A stretch of 64,000 nucleotides of DNA, from positions 1-64,000 of IMG/VR virus record IMGVR_UViG_3300044634_000910, one strand, 5' to 3'. Origin of the DNA: a virus. Lineage: Duplodnaviria; Caudoviricetes. A program made the translations under genes and the position numbers. Positions 55,701 through 64,000 of the stretch are shown in pieces. Within the stretch, counting starts at the first letter, position 1. Every line of letters starts with the position of its first letter. The notes under the pieces were generated by a model. The model did no database searches. It saw only the letters and a list, made by a program, of their open reading frames with translations, and was not told where the DNA came from.

Positions 55701-56998
55701 GTAGATGCAAGTAGTTGCCCAACAGGAAGTCCGCTTGCACCAAGGTCTGATGCGCTTTTATTAACTGAAAAATTTAACACTCTGTCTGAAATGTCTGCCG
55801 ATAGTCTAGAAGACATTTCAATTAAATCAAATGTTGAGTCAAACTTATTCATGCTTTCAACTACGATTCTAATTCCAGAAATATATTCAAACTCTTTATA
55901 TTTTTTAGCAGTACCAGAGTTGTAGTATTTTGGGGATGTTAAATCAGTTACAAAGTTTGTTAGACTGTCTACAGAACTTTCTTCAAGTTTCCAACCATAT
56001 GTTGGAGTAAATGTTTTCCATTCAGAGTCGTACCAAATATGATATGTGCCAAGTTCTCCATCATTTTGTATTACTAAAAACGAATGCCCTTCTTCTGCGG
56101 TATCTGGTCTAAGAGTTGCAGAAGGTAGTTCTCCTTTAAAAATAAATATATCTGAATATAACTTAGGAACTATAAGGCCATAAGAAAGTTCAACGTATCC
56201 ATCAGACTTAATTATATCTGTTCCATCTTTTCTTTTGTCTTTGTCTGTAAACGATACAGCGTCTACCCAGTTGTTATTTTTTAAAACCTGAATCTTCCAT
56301 CTATCTGGAGTTGTTTTATTTGTATCGCCAAAGTATGGATCTAAAAATGTACCTGCTGAGTTTGAAAATGTTCCATAATCCAGTTCTCCAACATTGGTTT
56401 GCATCTTTACAATAACTCTGTTTGCTGGAACTTGCTGCTTGTATACAACGAATGGAGCAGCATCTTCTATTCTGTGTCTTCCATTTATAGTTTTATTTGC
56501 AACACCATACTCAATTTTATTTTCAGTTCTAAAAGATGTCCAGTATTTAAATGGATCATTCTTGTCTGGCATATAGTATCTTGGTCTTTTTGCCATATTA
56601 ATATTTGGGTTGTGTAAGTATCTACCATTTAAATATGTTGCTTTGTTAATTCCAGATCTTGGTCTTTGTGGCTTTAGACAATCTTCTAAAGAGTAAAGCA
56701 TCTTTAACTTTTCTTTGTATGCTGTCAAAGTTGTTGGCTCTCCATTATCATCAAAGCCTCCATCAATTTTTACGTCTGCATCAGTTGCCCCAGTGTAATA
56801 GTTTCCAGCATCGGAAGGATCAAAGGTGTTTGGAAGTGCGCTATAAATAGAGCCACTAGTGTTTGGCCTGTATCGGTAGTTTCCAGCAATAGATATATTT
56901 GAGGGTATGTTCATATTCCACTCAACTACAACTGCAGACTGTGTCTTTACAGAAGAACTTGTCTCTAAATGATTTTGTAATTTTTTACCCTGGAACAT
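52715..56998 (-). CDS. Large minor tail protein (hub/tip-like)
   Basis: About 1427 aa, second gene after the tape measure; C-terminal ANPMIQLGDIV motif. Confidence 0.75.
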   Translation of the reverse strand: MFQGKKLQNHLETSSSVKTQSAVVVEWNMNIPSNISIAGNYRYRPNTSGSIYSALPNTFDPSDAGNYYTGATDADVKIDGGFDDNGEPTTLTAYKEKLKMLYSLEDCLKPQRPRSGINKATYLNGRYLHNPNINMAKRPRYYMPDKNDPFKYWTSFRTENKIEYGVANKTINGRHRIEDAAPFVVYKQQVPANRVIVKMQTNVGELDYGTFSNSAGTFLDPYFGDTNKTTPDRWKIQVLKNNNWVDAVSFTDKDKRKDGTDIIKSDGYVELSYGLIVPKLYSDIFIFKGELPSATLRPDTAEEGHSFLVIQNDGELGTYHIWYDSEWKTFTPTYGWKLEESSVDSLTNFVTDLTSPKYYNSGTAKKYKEFEYISGIRIVVESMNKFDSTFDLIEMSSRLSADISDRVLNFSVNKSASDLGASGLPVGQLLASTGKLELFDFDDAFNANNTNSVIGKYVSKNIQVKLYEIIMDVEGVDYYVPIKTMYSDGFPKTSNDSKQVSIDLRDLYFYFESQTAPEILSTNTSVSAAVSLLLDSIGFSNYVFKRVDGESEAIIPYFFIPPEKTVAEILEDIAISTQTAMFFDEYNNFVMMSKNYIMPSLAQRPTDIVLYGSSDSQDSGVVKNERTKTKLANIVEVTSEDNDVYNDGKIVYTTRHIQRSIGSIKQASLVDAEKTWIYKPVLLWEVAGTENTKSANGEIGNQSTYMLSAIPLNSNLSATVPNVSNNVVVNNVMDLGEGVYWITRYNGYFYSNGEIIKYDAVQYNISGTGDVWINNVQEYEKYFSSLPFNGKIYPTGLVRIYSEPNYEEISGIVKLKNGPVAKHGRGQFGTPVTLHTAGLNPYWSDNANVRGCTMDSKYLFKSDQTLPDTRVFAAGLSNTLAQKTTRNGIIKNFLSSKYIAETSINAMLSTQTGTVQSSALVMNGPGFTTTESPIDFISYVYKPLTNKYKHFGTRMRIIGKIENDINRGQTPVGGSTYYTVPGTTPDKNISIVGGSGGLGVMINPETNNGYYFEIIALGANKLNNSEKDNVHNVIFYKLKAATAGTETTSAVPVKLYEGLTNIIVDDGKFTGQYRMAAEEKPTVYDLAVEYQDIGSRRRFFLYLNNNLIATIDDTDPLPIYNNMSLFVRGSSRVMFENIYALANNYSQNTAFQIDAPISSAFGDSEINANDSFMKYAMSGAVQSTYLTGISSAEPPKFSMYFEEFGTIMREAASFNFKYDKAYPALYAKLSPTFNRLKGYAVSGFRAGAYGAEFLIFNSTDTALSLDETSGNYLRIQGITFTQQSSNDLTVDEYFSKNSNLADPQFVANSLVSYPNKIAKDYEDIKLSRMTYGKKDFSLEAPYIQSHDDAENLLAWVIKKIMKPRKSIGVKVFANPMIQLGDIVSVDYTENQIDKVGSKDSRFVVYNIEYSKEKYGPEMTIFLSEVVQ

Positions 56999-57654
56999 TA
57001 CGCCTCTTCCAGTGTTAAGGCAACATTCCAAAAATCAAAGTTCAAACCACTTCTTTTGATAACTGAATAATTAAAGTCTGCAAAAAATACTTCTATTACC
57101 TCATTGTATTTGTTTGTATTTTTAAATCTATCATCTTCTACAGTTAGTGGATCATTGCTAAAATTAGTATACTTATCATAAGCAAGGTAAACCCAAAAAG
57201 ATCCTTTATGGTTTTTATACCAGTCAAGTAGTTCTACACCGCCTGCTCCTCCGTCGCTAGTAAACTCTAGGGGGCTTTGTCTTGTTTCTGTCTTAACCAT
57301 GTTAGGATTTCCATTAGAATCAAATCCAGGATAAGTATCGTATGCTCTTGATGGTAGCATGTCCCAGGATACTGATATTTGAAGTTTATCGGCAATATGA
57401 TAAGATCTCATACGACCATTAATCATTCTCTCCTTTTTTTCTATTCTGGAAGGATTAAAGGTTATGGGTGACCTGTTATCATCAGATAGTATTATAAACT
57501 CGCCAGAAGAGTCTCCAGAGGCTGCTGCTGACCCTATTTCAACTCCCGAAGGAATATGAAATCCATCAACCTTCGTTCCCTGGTTGTCTGCAAATAGCAT
57601 TGCCTGTGGTCTTGAATATTTTTTTCTTCCAGACATATATGTGTTAGTTGCCAT
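56998..57654 (-). CDS. Distal-tail-like protein
   Basis: Directly after the tape measure; RMINGRMR and LTLEEA end. Confidence 0.65.
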   Translation of the reverse strand: MATNTYMSGRKKYSRPQAMLFADNQGTKVDGFHIPSGVEIGSAAASGDSSGEFIILSDDNRSPITFNPSRIEKKERMINGRMRSYHIADKLQISVSWDMLPSRAYDTYPGFDSNGNPNMVKTETRQSPLEFTSDGGAGGVELLDWYKNHKGSFWVYLAYDKYTNFSNDPLTVEDDRFKNTNKYNEVIEVFFADFNYSVIKRSGLNFDFWNVALTLEEA

Positions 57655-60600
57655 TATAATCTATTCCCCCTGAGTTTCTGTGAGTCAATACCCTTTATTT
57701 GTGTCATCACAACTCTTGCAATTTCATCTGGGTTTGCATCTGATTTTACATTAACACTAATACTATAATTATACACTGAGTCGCCTACTGATGAGCCATT
57801 ATTTATTGCCCTCATTGTATCTGCTCCATGAGACTGTACAGCATACTTACTCATTACAAATTCTCCAGGGGTAAGCATTGCTGGGATAGTGTCTGTTCCA
57901 GAAGCGTATCCGCCTTTAGCGAAGTAACTTGGAACTAGTCCACCCTTAGAAAGCATCATCATACTTGCCATTCCACCGCCACCGCCACTGCCAAACCCAC
58001 CACTTAAAACTTTATCATCGGAACTTACTTGTGAAGTAGAACCTAAAGAAGGAATGCTTGCAATAGCCTTTGATGCACCGTATAAAGAAAGACCAGTAAT
58101 ACCAGCGACTGTTCCCAGCATAGTTGCAACAGCAGATTTGCTTGTACCAATTTTTGAAGTTTCTTTTAGATTTGGTTCAACGATAGCAGGAATATCTGTT
58201 CTTGGAACCATAACTACTCTACCATCTTTTACTACTGCCTGAAGATCTGGGGCATCCACAACCTTTAGGTTCATTCCAGGAATATTTCCAACACCCCAAT
58301 TTGTGTATGCATCTCCATGTCTATATCCAATATAACCAGCCTTAAGTAGTTCTTGCATAAATGGATCAGTTATGTCAGCATTTATACTGCTCATATCTCT
58401 TGGCTGAATACCAGTTTTTTTAACATATGCTTCTTTAAACTTTTTTAATCCTTCTGGATCTATAAATCCTTTGCTAGATAAAACCTTAGCGATTGCACGT
58501 GGTTCTAAGTCTATTCCATATTGATAAGACCCAAATTGTCCAAAATGCTCTTTAGACATTAGTGGACTAGTTGCACTATACAGTCCTGGACCAAAGGCAT
58601 TAACTGGTGTTGCTGTTGGATCTGTTTTTGATTTTAAATATCTTTCTAAAGGAGACGGAAGGTCATCTATAGGCTTTCCATGTCTATGAACGCCCCGCTT
58701 CATTGTAATCAAAGCACCTAATCCACCTGGAATTGAGTCTATGATTGCCTGAGTCTTGTAGTGTTTTACAAATGCCTCTGCATCATCTCCACCTACCTCC
58801 CTAGTTAAACGTGCAAGACTTATATTTCTTCCAAAGTTTGTGTCTGCAAGTCGTTTTGCTATTGGAGCAACTATTGCTTCTTTTAATTTGCCAAGTGTTA
58901 CCTTAACTGGGTCCATCATATCTTTTCCTATGTTTTTAAACATATTAGAATATGAAGCATTTGAATATTTTTTACTTTCATCAAACATAGACTTTTGAAG
59001 ATATGAAAGGTCTTGAATATCTGTTTCATGAAGTCTTCTAGGATTAATCTTTTTACCTAAATCAGAAACATATGGTACTGCTTTAGATGCTAATGTGCTT
59101 CCAAGTTTAGTACTTAAGAATGATTCGTTTATGTTTGTATCTTTGCCTCCATATTTCCACGCACTTTGTAATGGAATTTGAAGGTTGCTTGCAAACCTTC
59201 CAGGAGCAAGAAAGGCACTTTCTAATGCTCTTCCAATTGGGCCACCATTGCCATATAGAGCACTAGCAATTCTTGACTTAAGAGGAAGAGGACCTGGAAC
59301 CCAATCGTCATACTTGCCCCATTCTGTGCTATCCCATTCTCCCTTTCCAGTAGAGGCTGTAGGAATAGTTAGTTTTTCTTCCACTAAACTTGTAGTTGGC
59401 GCTGGGGCATCATTTGCTTTACTTGCTACTTTACTAAATATATCTATACCGTTTTTACCAAGTGATTCTTTTATTCTTTTAGGAATTACGTTTCCTATCT
59501 TATTTATTATTGGCTTTACTGCTTTAAGACCTGGAAATGGTGCAACCGCTAGAGCAGCATTTAAGTTGTCTTTTATGTCAGACTTCATTGGCTGACCTGC
59601 TAACTTAGCAGCAAACATTTGAGGAATACCGCCATACTTTGCAATATCCAAAGCAGTTTTTGCTATTGATGGAAGCGCAAAGAAGTTAGCAGTTTTTTCC
59701 CATATCTTCTTATCAAATAATGATGTTGCTCTTTTTTCTTCTTCTTTAGCCTTTGGTTTTGCAGATCCCATAGATGACATTCCTAGACCGTGTGGTGCAC
59801 TTACTGTTCCACCAGTTGAAAATCTTTGAACATTTATATCATTTAAGAATCCTTCGCCGTACTGATCAACTGCAGACTTTCTAACTACAAACTCTCCTGG
59901 AGTTAACATTGCAGGTACAGTGTCTGTACCCTTTGGAGTAAATCCTCCATCTGCAAAATACTTAGGAACAACTCCTCCAGAACTTAGTCCTCCCCAATTT
60001 CCAAATGATCCAAGCCAAGCATCTGCTGCTGATTCAGCATCTGCCTTAGCCTCTGCATCCTTAAGTAATTTAAGGGCTCCATCTGCTGCTGCTTTCGCCG
60101 CTTTGTCTGCTGCATCTTTTGCCGCTTTGTCTGCTGCATCTTTTGCCGCTTTGTCTGCTGCATCTTTTGCCGCTTTGTCTGATCCTGTTTTTCCATCATT
60201 TCCACCAGATCCACCAAGATTAACTGTAGTAACATATCTAGTAATATATTCAGTTATGTTTCTAATTTCATTGATTATCTGATCTGTCTCAACGCTCTTA
60301 GGAATTTTATTAATAGTGTCTAAAATTGTAGACCAAGAGGTTGATGTGTTTGCTGCTGATGTTTCTGCTGCTGCTAAAGCAATCGCATATGATTTTGCTA
60401 GTTCATCAACAGCGGTTATCTTGTCGACTGTCTCTTGCCACTTTTCAAGAGTCATTCCAGTTGTCTCATCAATTGCAACTGCTTCATCTGCAATACTTTG
60501 TAGGTATGCTTCTTGAGATGCCAATTCTAAGTCTTGTGCTTCTAATTTCCTTAGTATCTCTGCTTGAGTTTTTTCTTGTTCTAATAGGCTGGCTTCTTGT

Positions 60601-63600
60601 GCTTTTAGATTTGCAACTGCTGCTATGTGTGCTGCTTCTGCTGCCTTAAGTGCTGCTGCTCTAAGAACCTCTTGTGCTTCAATTTTTTCTTGTTCTAAGG
60701 TAATGCTTTCTTGAATTCTCAATATGCTTAGGTTTAAAGCCTCTATTTCTTTTTCTATTGCAAGTCTAGCAGGGTCTGTTTCTAATCTATATATTTCTTG
60801 ACTTATAACAAACTGTCTTTCTGAAATCTCATCTCTAGTCATCTTGCTTTCTGCGCCAGTAAGAGATCCTAGTTCATTAGTTCTGGACAGTTCAAGACCT
60901 TGCATAATCATGTCTGCTTGACTATTTGCTGATGCGGCTCTCATTTCTTGTGCAACTCTTGCTGCTGCTGCAATATCTCCTTGAGAAAGAGCATCAGCCA
61001 AACCTAATTGCTGACCTTGAGAGTCAATTATCTGCTTGTTTAAATCATTTACTTGCTGTAAAGCCTCTACCTGCTTGTCATACTTTTCATTAATATCTTC
61101 TGCAGCCTTGTCCATTATTGCAAGGTCGTTGTTAAGCATTTGGTTTTCTTTGTTAAAGGCTTCTATCTTGTCGATAAACTTTGTTTTTATTTCATCTTCT
61201 TTTGCCTTAATACTTTTTTCTATTGACTTAATGTTATTTTCGTATTTTTTAATTACATCTTCAATTCCCTTTATTGTTTGATCAAACGAATTATTTACAG
61301 CGTCTAGTGCCTTTTCTAAATCATTTTGAGCATTAGCAATTTTATCTTGAATTTCAGACCTGCTTCTTTGAATGCTTTGAAGGTTTGAGGATGCTATATC
61401 TATTGTTTTACCAAGAGATGCTCTTTCTTTTCCAATGCTGTTTAAACTTGCTCCTGCAGGAATTGTTGGTATTGCAACTCCTGCTGCCTTATATCTTGCT
61501 GCTACATTTGCAGTTGCAATTTTTCCAACTTGTTGTGGGGCTTTGTTTGGATCTCTGTATGCAGATGTTGCACTTTCTAGTTGTGATCTGTTCAAATAAG
61601 AATAGACAGTTCTCTTTGAATCCATCACCTTGGTTGCTGCATCTGCTCCATCACGAATCTGATCTGCAACATTTTTTACTGCAAACTCAAGAGCAATTTT
61701 TATATTTGAGTTTGCTTGTATAGCCTTAAGACCAGCCACGATATCTTTAAGTCTGTCTGCTGCTCCCGCTGCTCCCGACTTGTAGTCTTCCATTGCTGCG
61801 ATTGCTTCTGCTAGTGATTCTGGATCACCTATAATATCTTTTAGGGCTTTTGAAGATACTCCCTGACTTCCTAAAAACTTTATGACATCTGGAATTTGTT
61901 TAATATTTTTTTGTTGATTAAGTGCTTCTGATCCCTTAGCAATTAAGTTGTTAATTTTTTGTCTATTTGTTAACTGCTTGCTTAGTTCAACGTTTGTCTT
62001 TAGTTCTTCATCTGTTATCTTTCCAGTAGCAATTGCTGCTGTTGTATACTCATCCTGAAGAATATTTTCTATTGATACAGCATCATATCCAGCAGCAACC
62101 AGTTTGCGTCTTACTGCTTCTTGTTCATTTAGTAATAAGATAGACTTGCTTGCATAGGAATTAAACTCTCCAACTACCGCTGCATCAAAGGCCTTATTGT
62201 ATAGTTCTCCAAGTTCAGAAAGTACAACATCTCCTGACTTTGCTGTCTTTGGCAATAACTTTTTACTATCGTATGGGTTTAATATTCTTCCCTTGTTTTT
62301 CCCAGTCTTAATTTTAGACCCTGCAGTAGTAAAATACTTTTTCTGTTCTGTTGGATCTTGTGACATAGCAAAGTCAATAAACTGTCTATTACGTCCTTGA
62401 GCATTCATCTGTTGCTCTATTCCTCTAAACTTATTCTGGACAGACTTTGAGTTTCCTTCTGCTAGAGCCTTATTTAATTCTTTAATTCCACCTGCTGCAT
62501 TAATAGCAGCATTTCTAACGTTCTTTAATCTTTCTAAAATAAATTGAAATGGATCTGCTTTTTTACTTCCTCCACTATCATCATCTAGCAGATCATTTGC
62601 TGCTTTTGAAGCAATTTCTTGATCAGTCATTTGCATTACTGTGTCTCCAGCAATTTTATCTCTGTATGCCTTGTCGGTTGGACTGTTAGCAATAAGGGAT
62701 GCTGCATGGGAAGGAATGCCTTGGCTTACCGCTTTTGCCATATCTCTTGCACGGGCAGCGGAAATGTCACCATCTGTTATGGTTTTATGTATTGCAATAT
62801 ATTGTGCAATAACTGTTCTTATTACTTCTTGAGGTTGATTTTTCCATCTATCAAAAATAGGTATAAGACCATCCAGGCTTACTCCACCAATTTCTTTTGT
62901 TTCAATTAAAACTTGTTTTGTTATTGGTCCCTTTACATCGTCAATTGCTTTAAGTGATTTGGTTAAGGCTTCAAGTTTTGCCATAGGATCAATAGAATTG
63001 CCATTTTCATCTTTGCTAGAAAAGAATGCATCGATGTTGATTTCTTTCCCCTGTAGTTTTTGAACTAGCCCAATTGCGTCAATTAGGTCTGATCTTTCTG
63101 CTGGATCTTTTTCAATAATCTTAATGAATATTCTCTTTGCATCAGACTCGCTTTCGAGAATACTAAGTGCATTTACTAACTCAATTGTTTCTGCAGAATC
63201 TTGAGTTATTAGCAAGTCCAATGCTGCATCAAGTTGGGCCTCATTTTTTTCACCCTTGCCAAACATTGATATAAGAGATGTTCCAACTTCTGGAGTTGCT
63301 CCTTCATAGGCAACGAAGGTTTTAATTTTTACTTCTAGTTCTTCTGACTTTAAATTATTTTTTGCAGAACCAAGAAAAACATCTGCATATGGATCTCCCT
63401 CAAATTTTGTTCTTACTTGAGTGTCTACGGAATTCATAAACGCTTTAGAATAGTAGTCGTCTCCACTAAGTCCAATATTTTTAACCTTCTTATAGTTGGC
63501 TACTTGATCATTTAAAAGTTTTTTTGATTCATTTCTTAAAGAACTTAAGCCATCCTTTTTCTTACCTTCTAAAGCCGCAATCTCATCATCTATTTTTTTC

Positions 63601-63998
63601 TGTTTTGCTTTATCAGATGTAATCTCTTTTTGTTTTCTTAATACCTCAATTTGTGTATCGTAGTATTTAGACAAAGAGTCTTGCTGTGCCTGTGCTAATT
63701 CTAATGATGAAACTCCTAGTGCTGCAGTAGTTGCTGCTGCTTTTTCTCCTGCTGATTCTGTAAATACTGGAGCAAAAAATTTCGCTGGATTCCACCATTG
63801 GTAATCTTGTCCAATAGCATCCTGCATACCCTTTACAACATCTTCATTAATCTTTCCTTGTTCTCTTACTAGATTAACTCTAACATTTAGTGGGTCAGTC
63901 TTAAGGTCTTGTCCTTCTGGTCCAATTAGTTCTAAAAGGTTTCCACTAATCTGAGATGTCAATGTAGAGTTATTTAATTCTATTCCTATTTGACTTGC
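57654..63998 (-). CDS. Tape measure protein, 5'-truncated
   Basis: >2100-aa helical/coiled-coil ORF open to the window edge; two GTDT.PAMLTPGEFV motifs. Confidence 0.85.
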   Translation of the reverse strand, partial: ASQIGIELNNSTLTSQISGNLLELIGPEGQDLKTDPLNVRVNLVREQGKINEDVVKGMQDAIGQDYQWWNPAKFFAPVFTESAGEKAAATTAALGVSSLELAQAQQDSLSKYYDTQIEVLRKQKEITSDKAKQKKIDDEIAALEGKKKDGLSSLRNESKKLLNDQVANYKKVKNIGLSGDDYYSKAFMNSVDTQVRTKFEGDPYADVFLGSAKNNLKSEELEVKIKTFVAYEGATPEVGTSLISMFGKGEKNEAQLDAALDLLITQDSAETIELVNALSILESESDAKRIFIKIIEKDPAERSDLIDAIGLVQKLQGKEINIDAFFSSKDENGNSIDPMAKLEALTKSLKAIDDVKGPITKQVLIETKEIGGVSLDGLIPIFDRWKNQPQEVIRTVIAQYIAIHKTITDGDISAARARDMAKAVSQGIPSHAASLIANSPTDKAYRDKIAGDTVMQMTDQEIASKAANDLLDDDSGGSKKADPFQFILERLKNVRNAAINAAGGIKELNKALAEGNSKSVQNKFRGIEQQMNAQGRNRQFIDFAMSQDPTEQKKYFTTAGSKIKTGKNKGRILNPYDSKKLLPKTAKSGDVVLSELGELYNKAFDAAVVGEFNSYASKSILLLNEQEAVRRKLVAAGYDAVSIENILQDEYTTAAIATGKITDEELKTNVELSKQLTNRQKINNLIAKGSEALNQQKNIKQIPDVIKFLGSQGVSSKALKDIIGDPESLAEAIAAMEDYKSGAAGAADRLKDIVAGLKAIQANSNIKIALEFAVKNVADQIRDGADAATKVMDSKRTVYSYLNRSQLESATSAYRDPNKAPQQVGKIATANVAARYKAAGVAIPTIPAGASLNSIGKERASLGKTIDIASSNLQSIQRSRSEIQDKIANAQNDLEKALDAVNNSFDQTIKGIEDVIKKYENNIKSIEKSIKAKEDEIKTKFIDKIEAFNKENQMLNNDLAIMDKAAEDINEKYDKQVEALQQVNDLNKQIIDSQGQQLGLADALSQGDIAAAARVAQEMRAASANSQADMIMQGLELSRTNELGSLTGAESKMTRDEISERQFVISQEIYRLETDPARLAIEKEIEALNLSILRIQESITLEQEKIEAQEVLRAAALKAAEAAHIAAVANLKAQEASLLEQEKTQAEILRKLEAQDLELASQEAYLQSIADEAVAIDETTGMTLEKWQETVDKITAVDELAKSYAIALAAAETSAANTSTSWSTILDTINKIPKSVETDQIINEIRNITEYITRYVTTVNLGGSGGNDGKTGSDKAAKDAADKAAKDAADKAAKDAADKAAKAAADGALKLLKDAEAKADAESAADAWLGSFGNWGGLSSGGVVPKYFADGGFTPKGTDTVPAMLTPGEFVVRKSAVDQYGEGFLNDINVQRFSTGGTVSAPHGLGMSSMGSAKPKAKEEEKRATSLFDKKIWEKTANFFALPSIAKTALDIAKYGGIPQMFAAKLAGQPMKSDIKDNLNAALAVAPFPGLKAVKPIINKIGNVIPKRIKESLGKNGIDIFSKVASKANDAPAPTTSLVEEKLTIPTASTGKGEWDSTEWGKYDDWVPGPLPLKSRIASALYGNGGPIGRALESAFLAPGRFASNLQIPLQSAWKYGGKDTNINESFLSTKLGSTLASKAVPYVSDLGKKINPRRLHETDIQDLSYLQKSMFDESKKYSNASYSNMFKNIGKDMMDPVKVTLGKLKEAIVAPIAKRLADTNFGRNISLARLTREVGGDDAEAFVKHYKTQAIIDSIPGGLGALITMKRGVHRHGKPIDDLPSPLERYLKSKTDPTATPVNAFGPGLYSATSPLMSKEHFGQFGSYQYGIDLEPRAIAKVLSSKGFIDPEGLKKFKEAYVKKTGIQPRDMSSINADITDPFMQELLKAGYIGYRHGDAYTNWGVGNIPGMNLKVVDAPDLQAVVKDGRVVMVPRTDIPAIVEPNLKETSKIGTSKSAVATMLGTVAGITGLSLYGASKAIASIPSLGSTSQVSSDDKVLSGGFGSGGGGGMASMMMLSKGGLVPSYFAKGGYASGTDTIPAMLTPGEFVMSKYAVQSHGADTMRAINNGSSVGDSVYNYSISVNVKSDANPDEIARVVMTQIKGIDSQKLRGNRL
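60085..60180 (-). repeat. 24-bp coding tandem repeat (DKAAKDAA x~4)
   Basis: GCCGCTTTGTCTGCTGCATCTTTT repeated on the + strand. Confidence 0.85.
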
Positions 63999-64000
63999 TA

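Noticed and set aside
36414-62909. Many short + strand and alternate-frame ORFs inside terL, dnaE, tail and tape measure genes
   Set aside because: Nested within well-supported - strand genes and lacking recognisable motifs.

Overview
A 64-kb, AT-rich fragment of a large tailed dsDNA phage (siphovirus-like: terminase, tape measure and tail genes). The host is most likely an actinobacterium, judged from WhiB, a DnaE-type polymerase, RecA and pervasive leaderless promoters. Layout: (i) 1-7.5 kb, a + strand early/host-takeover block of small genes with dense regulatory signals; (ii) 7.5-8.4 kb, a repeat-rich, mostly non-coding junction ending in DnaA-type boxes; (iii) 8.4-35.7 kb, an accessory region, switching to the - strand at about 16.3 kb, with tRNAs, 2OG-Fe(II) oxygenases, glutathione peroxidases, sulfotransferases, an APS-kinase fusion, a flavin halogenase, luciferase-like paralogues, Hsp20, lysis and secreted proteins; (iv) 35.7-50 kb, packaging, recombination and replication; (v) 50-64 kb, tail genes and a 5'-truncated tape measure gene. 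The most notable unexplained signal is an RNA layer: six copies of a ~28-32 nt H-type pseudoknot with clear stem covariation, placed after stop codons and before tRNAs or a tRNA-like fold, plus several self-promoted small structured RNAs. Also seen: a TGTCAG-N10-TANNNT promoter class, CRP-type and DnaA-type boxes, apparent AGCT/CCGG avoidance that extends into tRNA D-stems, an ATT-initiated gene, and a 2OG-GPx-GPx-2OG cassette. All calls come from reading the sequence by eye; no searches were run.
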